Below are positions 49,767 through 59,700 of a DNA stretch of 64,000 bases, piece by piece. A program made the position numbers and the translations under genes. The DNA comes from a virus: positions 79,337-143,336 of the IMG/VR virus record IMGVR_UViG_3300017917_003893. One strand, written 5' to 3'. The notes beneath the pieces are model-generated. The model searched no databases, was not told the origin of the DNA, and saw nothing but the letters and a program-made list of their open reading frames with translations. Positions within the stretch are counted from its first letter, which is position 1. Each line of letters begins with the position of its first letter.

Positions 49767-50436
49767 AGTCTGCTGTATTTTTTGGGTTTATTTTATAAAA
49801 TAAAATAACTGCTAATATTAATATATTAGTAGCGTAGTTTAATAACAATGGTAAATCTAATTTATCATATACATATGCTAACGCAAAGATTTCACCAAAA
49901 GCCCAAAGAAGAACAAATCCCCAAGAAATTCCGTGAGAGTGTTTATCTTTGAATGATTGCCAAGCCTGAGGAATACCACATATGGCTAAACAGATTGAAC
50001 CTAACCAACCAAGAATTTCAAATATTGACATTCCTTTAGTTTGTTCTGCTATACCTGCTTCTGACAATTCATCTAAATTCTTTGGTTCAATTTTATAACC
50101 ATATTTAGACTCAACATGATCTGATAGTTTATTAAATAGATTTTTATAATCTTCTTGAGTTCCTGATTGTAGTTTACTTTGTATTTCTGATAAAATATTA
50201 TTTAATTGTTGGTCTCTTGGATCTAATTCAAGTTTTCTAACATTAGAAAGTCCTTCAACTTGTTCTACAGCTGCATTTATACCATCTTTAGACATAGGAT
50301 TAGTAAGAGCTGGTTTAACTATATCTTGAGCATTTACATTTGGTGAATTCGCAAATAATGAAGCAGCAAGACCAGCGCCAAGTACGGCTGATCTAAGACC
50401 TTCATTATGTTGTTCATATGTTTTTAAATATCTCAT
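49738..50436 (-). CDS. PQ-loop/SemiSWEET domain protein with N-terminal extension
   Basis: LGWLGSICLAICGIPQAW...SHGISW...NY, 3-TM PQ-loop. Confidence 0.75.
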   Translation of the reverse strand: MRYLKTYEQHNEGLRSAVLGAGLAASLFANSPNVNAQDIVKPALTNPMSKDGINAAVEQVEGLSNVRKLELDPRDQQLNNILSEIQSKLQSGTQEDYKNLFNKLSDHVESKYGYKIEPKNLDELSEAGIAEQTKGMSIFEILGWLGSICLAICGIPQAWQSFKDKHSHGISWGFVLLWAFGEIFALAYVYDKLDLPLLLNYATNILILAVILFYKINPKNTADYDKEIRRFH

Positions 50437-50446
50437 TATTTATATA

Positions 50447-50947
50447 TTAATTTTCATTATCATTTTCATCTTCTATTAAATCAGCCGCTTTATTCATATT
50501 AATTCTAATGTGTTCAATTCTTCTGGCTTCTTTATCATTCTCATATACTGATTTTACTAATTCAACTAGTTCTTTAAGTATTTTAGGTTTTGCTTTGCAA
50601 TTTTCCGGTTCACCTTCACAAATAACATTTAAACCATAAAATTCTCTATCATTATATTTTGTTAATTTCTTATTAATTAAAAGTTCCTGAGACTGTTCAT
50701 CAAATCCATTTGATCTAAGAGAAATTACAGACCATAGTTTAATAGGTGTGTCTTCAAAATCAACTATCCATTTATCAATTTCAAAGTTATTACCTTCTCT
50801 TTGATCTTCATCATATGTTATCTTATAAGGTGAAATACCTTTAACCTTCTTTAAACGAGCTATATACTCCAAAGCAATTTTATCATCTTCAGATGGTTGA
50901 CTCTTAAAGAAGTCAAAAAAGCCTTCATATGTTTTTAAATTTCTCAT
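50447..50947 (-). CDS. Hypothetical protein
   Basis: MRNLKTYEGFFDFFK N-terminus. Confidence 0.65.
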   Translation of the reverse strand: MRNLKTYEGFFDFFKSQPSEDDKIALEYIARLKKVKGISPYKITYDEDQREGNNFEIDKWIVDFEDTPIKLWSVISLRSNGFDEQSQELLINKKLTKYNDREFYGLNVICEGEPENCKAKPKILKELVELVKSVYENDKEARRIEHIRINMNKAADLIEDENDNEN

Positions 50948-51264
50948 TTGAATTTATGTGGAAAGATGTGTCTCCATTCATGTCCTTGAGGAACATCAGA
51001 TGCTTTAACACCAAATATCTTTTTTTCTGGACAAGTGTCCTGACCGTTCATTAAGAAATTATTATTACAAGCCCAAACTTCAGCAGTTCTATTTAATAAC
51101 TGACCTATTGAGAAAGGAAAACGCATACCCGTTTCATTTTCAATGTTAGTAATTCTACCATCTGGTGATTTAGTAACAACAATTTCTAATCTTGGGTTTC
51201 TTTTATTAGTAAATCTAATTTCTCTTTCGTGTAAACCTTCGTTATATGATTTTAAGTGTTTCAT
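50944..51264 (-). CDS. Hypothetical protein
   Basis: MKHLKSYNE N-terminus. Confidence 0.65.
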   Translation of the reverse strand: MKHLKSYNEGLHEREIRFTNKRNPRLEIVVTKSPDGRITNIENETGMRFPFSIGQLLNRTAEVWACNNNFLMNGQDTCPEKKIFGVKASDVPQGHEWRHIFPHKFK

Positions 51265-51986
51265 TATCTTTTAACTAATTTTACTACAACTTGTTGGTCA
51301 CCACCACCAATATTGAATTTAAGACCATCTTCCCAAGCTTCATTTCTAATAGTGATTAACTCTCTATCAACAGCATCTGTCGTCATATCAAGTGTTAATT
51401 CACCTCTTCCAATTTTACTTAGTTTATTAGAAACACCAAAGTCAAAGTAATTTCTTGAATCTGCTTTAGAGAATTTTATTTCTAACCAATTTCCTTTAAT
51501 ACTTTGTCTTTTCCAACCTTTCTTCTTAATAGCTTCTCCAATTCTTTTAATATAATCATCTATTTTACTAATTTGAGAATCTTCTGATTTAATCATATCA
51601 CCTAGTGTTATAAACTCAACAGTTAGACCCATATAACTTGTGTTAATTGTATAGTTAATGTCTTCACCAGATAAATCATAAAATTTTTGAATATCTAATA
51701 AAGTATTTGATAACATTTCAAGATCCGTCAAACATTTACCCATATTTAATTGAATACCATCAGTTTTACCAACTCTTAAAGTAATTAATTTAGCTCTTCT
51801 ATATTTAGAAATATCTTTAATATAAGTAGTGTCTTCTACAAATCTACCATCATATACTAAACCATTTTTAATTTTAAGAGCATCCGGATTCTCATCTGTA
51901 TAGTCTGTAAAGAATAATTGAATATCTTCATCAGTATTCTTGAATGTAACGGCTTCTGCCTCATTAAATTTTCTTAAATGTTTCAT
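51264..51986 (-). CDS. Hypothetical protein
   Basis: MKHLRKFNE N-terminus; late box 4 nt upstream. Confidence 0.65.
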   Translation of the reverse strand: MKHLRKFNEAEAVTFKNTDEDIQLFFTDYTDENPDALKIKNGLVYDGRFVEDTTYIKDISKYRRAKLITLRVGKTDGIQLNMGKCLTDLEMLSNTLLDIQKFYDLSGEDINYTINTSYMGLTVEFITLGDMIKSEDSQISKIDDYIKRIGEAIKKKGWKRQSIKGNWLEIKFSKADSRNYFDFGVSNKLSKIGRGELTLDMTTDAVDRELITIRNEAWEDGLKFNIGGGDQQVVVKLVKR

Positions 51987-52015
51987 ACTTTATATATTAA
52001 AATATGAAACTTATT

Positions 52016-52888
52016 TTAGAAACAAGAAAGGTACCTTTCTCCTCTATCACATAATATAGTAATTATGTTACCTTCAATATTTGGATATTTTTCTAGCAAT
52101 CTTTCTGACGCTAAAATATTAGCACCTGAACTGATACCTACAAATAAACCTTGTTCTTTAGATAATCTTCTAGCTCTTTCTTTTGCTTCTTCTGTTGATA
52201 TAACAATAATATCGTCAACTTCTTTTAAATCGACTAAGAATTTAGAACCATCGCCAATTCCTTGAATCCCGTGAAGACCTGGCTCACCACCTGACATAAC
52301 AGGTGATTCTGCTGGTTCAACTGCTACAGTTTTCATATTTCCGTGATACATCTTTAAAATACGAGAAGTACCCATAAGAGTACCTCCAGTTCCTGTACCA
52401 TCCACAAATGCTGCAATTTTATTAGTATGTTGATGTAAAATTTCTACGGCTGTTCCTTTTTCATGTGCCTCAATATTTAGAGGGTTACTAAATTGTTTAG
52501 GATTAAAATAGCCATTTTCTTCAGCTAACTTGTCTCTTAAAGCAATAGCATCATCGAACTTTCCATCTTCAACTTCGATAAGTTCAGCACCATAGAGTCT
52601 TAACATTTGTTTACGTTCTTCGGACATATTTCTAGGCATTACAATAATACATTTATAGCCTCTTTCTGCTGCTAAAAATGCAAATGCTATTCCAGAGTTA
52701 CCTGATGTTGCTTCGATTATTGTATCACCTTTTTTAATTAAACCATTTTTTTCTGCGTTATTTATTATATATGATGCCATTCTATCTTTTATTGAACCGC
52801 TTGGATTAGCACCTTCAAATTTTGCGTATATTCTTTCAGAGATTTTGATTAATGGTGTTTGACCCACACCTTTAGATAGATTTGACAT
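52016..52888 (-). CDS. cysK: Cysteine synthase (PLP-dependent)
   Basis: NPSGSIKDR, EATSGNSG, GTGGT, HGIQGIG, GISSG, DRGERYLS. Confidence 0.9.
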   Translation of the reverse strand: MSNLSKGVGQTPLIKISERIYAKFEGANPSGSIKDRMASYIINNAEKNGLIKKGDTIIEATSGNSGIAFAFLAAERGYKCIIVMPRNMSEERKQMLRLYGAELIEVEDGKFDDAIALRDKLAEENGYFNPKQFSNPLNIEAHEKGTAVEILHQHTNKIAAFVDGTGTGGTLMGTSRILKMYHGNMKTVAVEPAESPVMSGGEPGLHGIQGIGDGSKFLVDLKEVDDIIVISTEEAKERARRLSKEQGLFVGISSGANILASERLLEKYPNIEGNIITILCDRGERYLSCF

Positions 52889-52986
52889 TTAGAAAATTTA
52901 TTTTTATATTTTATATATTATGAACATGTAAGTTTATTTTAAATAATAATGGCAATTAAAAAATATTTCATATATTTGTAGTAATT

Positions 52987-53598
52987 ATGAGACACGATAA
53001 ACAAAACATACATTTTATAAGTGACCTTCACATAGGTCATAAGAATGTTATAAAATTTGACGGTAGACCTTTTGCTGATGTAGAAGAAATGCATGTTGAA
53101 TTAATAAAAAGATGGAACTCGGTTGTAGAACCAGAAGATACGGTTTACTTCTTAGGTGATTTAAGTTTCTCTCGTGATGAACTAACAAAATGGTTTATTC
53201 ACTCATTACAAGGTAAAATTCACTTTATTTGTGGAAACCATGATAAGATGAAGGATATTCAAAAGTTTGGTCGTTGGGAAAGTGTACACGAAGGTTACAC
53301 TGAGATTGGAATTCTAGACAAAGATTCTATTGAGTCTAGAGGCTCACAAGGATATCAAAAGATAATTCTTTCACACTATCCTATTTTGAGTTGGAACAAA
53401 GCTCACTATGGTTCTTGGCATCTTCATGGTCACTGTCACGGTAATTTGATGAAGTCAAACCAAGATTATTACAAAAGAAAAGTAATGGATGTTGGTTGTA
53501 ACTGTATTGATTATACTCCGATTTCATACGAACAAGTAAAGTCAATAATGAGTAAAAAAACAATTTCATCAGTAGACCATCACGGTACCGATATGTAA
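52987..53598 (+). CDS. Calcineurin-like metallophosphoesterase
   Basis: SDLH, LGD, GNHD, HYP, HGHCH. Confidence 0.85.
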   Translation: MRHDKQNIHFISDLHIGHKNVIKFDGRPFADVEEMHVELIKRWNSVVEPEDTVYFLGDLSFSRDELTKWFIHSLQGKIHFICGNHDKMKDIQKFGRWESVHEGYTEIGILDKDSIESRGSQGYQKIILSHYPILSWNKAHYGSWHLHGHCHGNLMKSNQDYYKRKVMDVGCNCIDYTPISYEQVKSIMSKKTISSVDHHGTDM

Positions 53599-53762
53599 TG
53601 AAAGACTTATATAACAGACTTGCTATCTTAAAGATTATTCTTAACTCTCATTACGGTATCAATACTGTTACTAATGTTTATGAAGAATCATATAAGATAA
53701 GAAAGAAGATAAACACGTTAAAAAACAGAAAAGAGAAAATTAATCGTATATTCAATGTCTGA
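53598..53762 (+). CDS. Mini-protein (54 aa, not in ORF track) with PolB motif-B-like helix and RKEKINRIF tag
   Basis: MKDLYNRLAILKIILNSHYG...KNRKEKINRIFNV; TAATG coupling upstream, overlaps next start. Confidence 0.65.
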   Translation: MKDLYNRLAILKIILNSHYGINTVTNVYEESYKIRKKINTLKNRKEKINRIFNV

Positions 53763-54084
53763 ATTTGAAATGGGTGATAGGTTGGTTTGTATCAAAGAAT
53801 ACAAAACACTTAAAGTTGGTTCACACTATGCCATTAAAGGTTGTGGTAACCTAGAGTATAGTGCTGATCCAGAAGTAAATGGAAAGAAAGGCTATGGCTT
53901 TTGTGTAGAAGATGAAATGTATGGCTCATTTTCAGGTAAAAAAGATTGGTGGAATTTGCCATATAATGAAAAGATTAAATGGTATTATTTCACCGAAAAA
54001 GAAATGTCTGAATATTTTATTACTGAACAAGAAGATTATAAATCTTATTTAAGAGACGAGAAAATAAAACAAGTGCTTAGTTAA
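53755..54084 (+). CDS. Hypothetical protein with C-terminal RDEKIKQVLS tag
   Basis: C-terminal motif. Confidence 0.65.
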   Translation: MSEFEMGDRLVCIKEYKTLKVGSHYAIKGCGNLEYSADPEVNGKKGYGFCVEDEMYGSFSGKKDWWNLPYNEKIKWYYFTEKEMSEYFITEQEDYKSYLRDEKIKQVLS

Positions 54085-54085
54085 T

Positions 54086-54955
54086 ATGAGAGACGTAAAA
54101 GGTTTTTGTAAACTAATGGATATAAGTGTTCCTGATTATGAACACTTTGATTATTATATTGACCAGCTTTCTAAAACAGAAAAGTGGAAAAATATAAAAG
54201 AACTTACTAAATTATTTGAACATGCTGAAGAAAAATATGGCGATCTTTATGATTATCGTTTTAAGAAGGCAAATGAGATTATTGAATACTTAAAAAATAC
54301 TAGAGCTTATAACGAGCTTATCTATGATAATTTAATTCCTGACTATCCAACAACTAAAAACTTTGAGTATTCAGAGAATAAGAAATATATTTCTATTGAT
54401 ATTAAAAAAGCAAACTGGGTAGTTTTGAAAAAATACGATCCAGAGTTTGCTCCTGAATTGGGAATTTCATATGAAGATTTTATATCTAAGTTTGATGTAC
54501 CTGAAATATTCAATCATTCAAAGCAACTAAGACAGTTTATTTTTGGTAATATAAATCCAAAAAGGCAAATGAAGGCTCAACGAGTTATTATTCAAGAATT
54601 GTTAGACAAATACAATCATTTGAATCTTGATACTGCTTGTATTAAAAATGATGAAGTTATTTATTCATTTGATACATTTGACCAAATTGATGAAATCTTA
54701 AATACGGTTGATAGAAATCAATTTAAAATTAAACTTTTTACAGTTGAAAGAATACAAGATTTCCGAATCAATACATACTTATCTGAGAAAGGTGATACAA
54801 TGTTTAAGGAAATGGTAGGATGTAATGGTAATCTTTTCTTCTTATATTTAAAGAAATACATATTAAAAGAACCCCTTGATGTTAGAGATTTGTTTTTCAA
54901 AATGGATGGTAATATTGCTATTTGGAACATTGAAGGTTTAAAAGTGAGTCTATGA
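54086..54955 (+). CDS. Hypothetical protein, possible divergent polymerase-palm fold
   Basis: YISIDIKKAN and KNDEVI acidic motifs. Confidence 0.55.
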   Translation: MRDVKGFCKLMDISVPDYEHFDYYIDQLSKTEKWKNIKELTKLFEHAEEKYGDLYDYRFKKANEIIEYLKNTRAYNELIYDNLIPDYPTTKNFEYSENKKYISIDIKKANWVVLKKYDPEFAPELGISYEDFISKFDVPEIFNHSKQLRQFIFGNINPKRQMKAQRVIIQELLDKYNHLNLDTACIKNDEVIYSFDTFDQIDEILNTVDRNQFKIKLFTVERIQDFRINTYLSEKGDTMFKEMVGCNGNLFFLYLKKYILKEPLDVRDLFFKMDGNIAIWNIEGLKVSL

Positions 54956-55212
54956 ATATAATTAAAGTAAACGTTTATTATAATAATAGAGAAACACTAT
55001 TTGAATCATTTTCAGTTACTGCTGATATCTATAACTTAGATGATGCTAGAATGTTAGTATTAGACCATCTTAGTAGTTTTTATTCTGATGTGAAATACAA
55101 ATTAAATCTAAATAAATCATTTAATGGTGAAATTATGATTAATCTAGATTTTGAAGAAAATATAAGTTTATCACGAGAAATTAAATTAAGAAAAATATTT
55201 AATAATGATTGA
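54952..55212 (+). CDS. Hypothetical protein with C-terminal REIKLRKIF tag
   Basis: C-terminal motif. Confidence 0.6.
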   Translation: MNIIKVNVYYNNRETLFESFSVTADIYNLDDARMLVLDHLSSFYSDVKYKLNLNKSFNGEIMINLDFEENISLSREIKLRKIFNND

Positions 55213-55834
55213 TATATTTGATAAAAAGCCTATTGATTTGACAAATGTAGTTTGTCATTCTGGTGGTGCGCCTGGTTCCGATACTGATTGGGAAGTTGAT
55301 GGTGCGACATTTGGTGTCACTACTAGAGCCTATTCTTATAAAACACCTAAACACACATCACCTAATAAAGTTGAAATTTCAGATGATGATTATAAAGAAG
55401 GTGTTATAGAAGTAAATAAGGCAAATAAATGGCTTAATAGATATGGGATTCATAAGTATATGAATCTTTTGGCACGCAACTGGGCTCAAGTAAAATACTC
55501 TGAACAAATATTCGCCATAGGTACAATTATAAAACCTGGTGATAAAAATAATAAAGGTTATTATAACAAGGGAAAGTACGATATGGTTGATGGTGGTACT
55601 GGATATGCTGTTATGATGGGTATTAATAATAAAAGAGAAGTTTTTGTTTTTGACCAAGTTAGAGATAAATGGTTTAGATGGTCTTATTCAACACTTCAAT
55701 TTGTTGAGTTAAAAGAAGTTCCTGAGATTAGTACTCAAAACTTTGCTGGTATTGGAACAAGAGAAATTCAACCAAATGGTAAACAAGCCATTAAAGACGT
55801 TTACGAAAAAACATTTAATAAAAATAAAAATTAA
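55205..55834 (+). CDS. SLOG-superfamily nucleotide-binding protein
   Basis: HSGGAPGSD, RN, GGTG, AGIGTR. Confidence 0.7.
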   Translation: MIDIFDKKPIDLTNVVCHSGGAPGSDTDWEVDGATFGVTTRAYSYKTPKHTSPNKVEISDDDYKEGVIEVNKANKWLNRYGIHKYMNLLARNWAQVKYSEQIFAIGTIIKPGDKNNKGYYNKGKYDMVDGGTGYAVMMGINNKREVFVFDQVRDKWFRWSYSTLQFVELKEVPEISTQNFAGIGTREIQPNGKQAIKDVYEKTFNKNKN

Positions 55835-55835
55835 A

Positions 55836-56303
55836 ATGAAAACTATCTTAACAAAAGAAGGTAAAAATAAACTTCAAGAAGAGTTAAACTTTTTAATGAC
55901 AAAAGAAAAAATCAGAGTCATTGGTGAGCTTTCAGATGCTCGTGAAAGTGGAACACTTGAAGAAAATACTCAATATTTAGTAGCTAAAGATGAGTATGAG
56001 AAACTACAAATTAAAATTGATAAACTTCAATCTATGTTAGCAAATGCTACAGTGGTTGATTCTAGTGATTTTAATGCAGATAAGGTTACAATTTTAACAA
56101 AAGTTAGAGTTATGAACTTGACTAATAATAAAGAAATGAATTTTCATTTAGTACCTGAAAATGAAATTGATATAAAATTAGGAAAAATATCACCTAATAG
56201 TCCAATTGGATCAGGTCTTATGAGTAAAAAAGTTGGTGAAGAATGTCAGATAAAAACACCTGCTGGTATATTTAACTTTAAAATTTTAGAAATAAGCATA
56301 TGA
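55836..56303 (+). CDS. greA: Transcription elongation factor GreA/GreB
   Basis: LTKEG..L.EEL, ARESGTLEENTQY, ISPNSPIG; ATG at 55836. Confidence 0.85.
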   Translation: MKTILTKEGKNKLQEELNFLMTKEKIRVIGELSDARESGTLEENTQYLVAKDEYEKLQIKIDKLQSMLANATVVDSSDFNADKVTILTKVRVMNLTNNKEMNFHLVPENEIDIKLGKISPNSPIGSGLMSKKVGEECQIKTPAGIFNFKILEISI

Positions 56304-56707
56304 AAAAGCTAATAAGTTTTGACTTTGATGGTACACTAGTTGATGAGTTTGGTGGACATCCAATGAATAGTCAAAAAGACGAAGTTCAAAGTCTTGTTAA
56401 GAAATATCTTAAAGATGGACATGAAGTTATAATCATAACTAAAAGGTATGGTCCGGAAAATTCACATTTAGGATTAAAAAACGAACATGTTGAAGTTTAT
56501 GAGTTAGCAAAGAAGTTAGGAATAGAAAGAGTTATATTTACAAATAGAGAATGGAAGTTTTCTTACATAATTAATCTTGGAGTAAATATGCACTTTGAAA
56601 ACTCTGATGGTGAAATACAACTAATTAACCAGGCTTGTAAAGAACATAATCATAATTGTTTAGTTGTTCCTGTTGAAGATCCTTACTGGAGAGATTTAGT
56701 TTACTAA
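56300..56707 (+). CDS. HAD-superfamily protein
   Basis: SFDFDGTL, IITKR. Confidence 0.7.
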   Translation: MKKLISFDFDGTLVDEFGGHPMNSQKDEVQSLVKKYLKDGHEVIIITKRYGPENSHLGLKNEHVEVYELAKKLGIERVIFTNREWKFSYIINLGVNMHFENSDGEIQLINQACKEHNHNCLVVPVEDPYWRDLVY

Positions 56708-56714
56708 AATCATT

Positions 56715-57107
56715 ATGATATTAATTCCAAGTAAAATCTATGTAGACAAATCACCTATACATGGGTGGGGCGTTTTTGCAAAAGAAAAAATACTAAAAAA
56801 TGAGATAATAGAAGAGTGTCCAATTATTCAATTACCTATTGAAAAAGATGATGATACTTCTTTACTGATTGATTATAGGTTTAACTTTCCAACAGGCACA
56901 GATAATTGGAGTGAGCAAGTTATACCTCTAGGATACGGTTGTATTTATAATCACTCAAATAATCCAAATGCTTATTGGTATTCTATAGAAGATAAAAGAA
57001 CTTTTATATTTATTGCTCATAGAGATATAGAGCCAGGTGAGGAAATATTTACTTACTATGGTGATGTTAACTATTGGAGTGACAGAACACATATTGATGT
57101 TAAATGA
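56715..57107 (+). CDS. SET-domain lysine methyltransferase
   Basis: HGWGVFA, YNHSNNPN, DIEPGEEIFTYYG. Confidence 0.9.
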   Translation: MILIPSKIYVDKSPIHGWGVFAKEKILKNEIIEECPIIQLPIEKDDDTSLLIDYRFNFPTGTDNWSEQVIPLGYGCIYNHSNNPNAYWYSIEDKRTFIFIAHRDIEPGEEIFTYYGDVNYWSDRTHIDVK

Positions 57108-57475
57108 CAAAAGAAAAATTCATAGATTTTATAAAAGAGTTAGGCTTCACTCAGACTTGGTCTAGTAAGCCTAACTCATATTCTTTATCTACTGATGTAG
57201 TAGGATTACCTAATCAAAACTATCAAGCTTTTTCAGACCAATTATCTATTCATATAGATGATGATAGAAATGTTTTCCAACTGTCATTACAACAAATGAG
57301 TAGTCACATGATTGGTGGTAAGAGCTTTGGTTATTTTAGCCTTAAAACATTTGGTGATAATAATGATTTTCAACTAGAGATTTTTTTAAGTTTTATCTTA
57401 GGTTCTTTTAATGAAAAGCCTATTCATATAATTAGCTATATGAGAGATAAAAAAATTCAAAATATTCTAAAATAA
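57104..57475 (+). CDS. Hypothetical protein with C-terminal RDKKIQNILK tag
   Basis: C-terminal motif. Confidence 0.65.
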   Translation: MTKEKFIDFIKELGFTQTWSSKPNSYSLSTDVVGLPNQNYQAFSDQLSIHIDDDRNVFQLSLQQMSSHMIGGKSFGYFSLKTFGDNNDFQLEIFLSFILGSFNEKPIHIISYMRDKKIQNILK

Positions 57476-57479
57476 TTAT

Positions 57480-57487
57480 TATATTTG
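57480..57487 (+). promoter_or_regulatory. TAnnTTTG element 4 nt before ATG
   Basis: TATATTTG-taaa-ATG(57492). Confidence 0.6.
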
Positions 57488-57491
57488 TAAA

Positions 57492-57869
57492 ATGGATGCT
57501 GAAGTAATAATAGAAATGACTCCATTTATATTTGAAGATGGCAAGACATACTATTTTCAGATAGTAAAAAGAGATTATTCTAATGACTATCATGATATTT
57601 TTGTTTATGAGAAAATTTTAACAGAAGAAAAAAACTTTTGGGGTAGAATTAAAATTAAAGAAGAATTAGTTTTAATTAATAAAAAACCTGAACTTGTTTC
57701 TGTTAAATTGAACACAAGTGAAATTAAAAATGATATTAAGAAAATATTGATAGCCAATAAAGCTAATTATCAATTAAAAGATTGGGATGGATTTGTTGGT
57801 GATATACCTAATGATGCTAAAGTGGCTTTGAAGAGGGAGGCTTCACTTAAAAACATATTAGGAGAGTAA
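57492..57869 (+). CDS. Hypothetical protein with C-terminal REASLKNILG tag
   Basis: C-terminal motif. Confidence 0.65.
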   Translation: MDAEVIIEMTPFIFEDGKTYYFQIVKRDYSNDYHDIFVYEKILTEEKNFWGRIKIKEELVLINKKPELVSVKLNTSEIKNDIKKILIANKANYQLKDWDGFVGDIPNDAKVALKREASLKNILGE

Positions 57870-57875
57870 TATATA
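57867..57875 (+). promoter_or_regulatory. Late box TAATATATA 4 nt before ATG
   Basis: TAATATATA-gttt-ATG(57880). Confidence 0.6.
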
Positions 57876-57879
57876 GTTT

Positions 57880-58362
57880 ATGATTAAATTTAGTGATATG
57901 GTTAGTGAAAGTGTAAGTACATCGGGGTTTAGATTAGGTTTGGATGTACATGGTGTTATAGATGCTATGCCTGATTTTTTTGCATTCTTAACGGACTCAT
58001 TTATTAAGAATGGTGGTGAGGTGCATATACTAACAGGTGGTCACTGGGATGAAAATTTTGATAAACAATTAAAAGACTTTGGAATTAAATGGACTCATAA
58101 ATTTTCAGTTTATGATCATTTAATTGAAACAAATGCTGGAATTGTTGGTGAGATTCAATTTCCAGATGGTACAATACAAAAGAAATTTGAAGATGGTCTT
58201 TGGGACCATGTTAAAGCAGATTACTGTAAGAAACACAATATTTCATTACATATTGACGATACTTTAATTTATAATGACTTTTTCTCAACACCATTTGCTA
58301 GATTGTGGTCACATAATCAAAAGCCAAAGGCATCACATAAAGATGTCAGACACTTAGACTAA
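57880..58362 (+). CDS. HAD-like protein
   Basis: GLDVHGVI, ILTG, HIDD. Confidence 0.6.
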   Translation: MIKFSDMVSESVSTSGFRLGLDVHGVIDAMPDFFAFLTDSFIKNGGEVHILTGGHWDENFDKQLKDFGIKWTHKFSVYDHLIETNAGIVGEIQFPDGTIQKKFEDGLWDHVKADYCKKHNISLHIDDTLIYNDFFSTPFARLWSHNQKPKASHKDVRHLD

Positions 58363-58841
58363 TGATTAATAAGATTAATAAATTTTTTGAATTTGATCCT
58401 TTTGAAAGTAAAATGAAAAAATCAGCTGGAGTTGCAATCGTTTTAAGAAACGAAAAAATATTACTTTGTCACCCATCAAACGCTAAGTGGTTTGGTTCAT
58501 ATTCTTTTCCAAAAGGTGGAATTGATGAAGGTGAAACTATAAAAGAAGCCGCTTTAAGAGAATTATTTGAAGAAACATCTGTTAAAGTTGATGAAAGTAG
58601 ACTTTCTAAAGAGCCTTTGGTAGTTGACTACATGAATTATAAAAAGAAAGATGTAGTTTATAAAAGAATATACCTTTATACTCTTTATATAAATGATATA
58701 TCAGAGATAGGTTTGGACTCAGAAGTTATTCCAAAAGAAAGATTACAATTAGAAGAAATTGACTGGGCTGGCTTTATTACAAAAGAAGAAGCAAAAACTA
58801 GAATCTTTCATAAAAGTATATCTGTATTAGATAAGTTATAA
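58362..58841 (+). CDS. Nudix hydrolase
   Basis: PKGGIDEGETIKEAALRELFEET. Confidence 0.9.
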   Translation: MINKINKFFEFDPFESKMKKSAGVAIVLRNEKILLCHPSNAKWFGSYSFPKGGIDEGETIKEAALRELFEETSVKVDESRLSKEPLVVDYMNYKKKDVVYKRIYLYTLYINDISEIGLDSEVIPKERLQLEEIDWAGFITKEEAKTRIFHKSISVLDKL

Positions 58842-58886
58842 ACATTTTACATATTTAAGGTATAAATAGAAAAATAAATTTTATTT

Positions 58887-59315
58887 ATGCCTTTTTTCAA
58901 TAATCTAAACAATTCTAATTTAAATTCTACTGTTAATAATACATCAATACCTATAGCAATGATGTATCAGTCAGAAGAAAAAATTGAAATAAATCTAGAC
59001 CATCCTATTTTTACTGTTTATGTTAATACTAAAAATTTAACAAGACAAGCAGCTGAAGAGTATTTATATAGAACAAAAAAGATGTTTGATGCTTACAAAA
59101 ATATAACTGTTTGGGTCTTATCATCCGATGAAAATAAAGTTGAATGTGTTTATGATGGTCAGTGTAGACAAAGAGATATGGAAATAAGTGGCTTAATAAA
59201 AGAAATAAATACAAGAATTGACATAATGTCTAAATCAAACTCTTTTGAAGATTTCAAAATTAACATTAGAGATTGGAGAATAAATGAACTTGTAAATGGC
59301 TCTAAGGAAGAATAA
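58887..59315 (+). CDS. Hypothetical protein with RDWRINELV tag
   Basis: Near-C-terminal motif. Confidence 0.6.
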   Translation: MPFFNNLNNSNLNSTVNNTSIPIAMMYQSEEKIEINLDHPIFTVYVNTKNLTRQAAEEYLYRTKKMFDAYKNITVWVLSSDENKVECVYDGQCRQRDMEISGLIKEINTRIDIMSKSNSFEDFKINIRDWRINELVNGSKEE

Positions 59316-59670
59316 AACAGAAATACTTGATAGAATAATCACCAAGGATGGACTTAGTGAGTCTTACGATTGGGGTCATTGGTATTGGGAAGATTATGAT
59401 TATCACGATGATTATTGTGATTGTTATGCCTGTATGCCTATTGATTATGATTATTTACCAGAGGAATTTCAACCTAAGGTAGTTACACATATTAGTAAAA
59501 GAGGAATAAGGGTTACAACATATTCATATCAACCTGGTAAAATGATAGACATGACATCTATCTATTCTAAAGAAGTGTTAAGACAAAAAAGAATTAACCA
59601 TATTTTAGGTATAGAATCAATGGAACATTCTCGTGTAACCTTAGGGGATATTTTGAATATTAAAAAATAA
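59296..59670 (+). CDS. Hypothetical protein with RQKRINHILG tag
   Basis: Motif; CDCYAC. Confidence 0.6.
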   Translation: MALRKNKTEILDRIITKDGLSESYDWGHWYWEDYDYHDDYCDCYACMPIDYDYLPEEFQPKVVTHISKRGIRVTTYSYQPGKMIDMTSIYSKEVLRQKRINHILGIESMEHSRVTLGDILNIKK

Positions 59671-59700
59671 TCCTTATCTTTGTATAACAAAATAAAAGAT

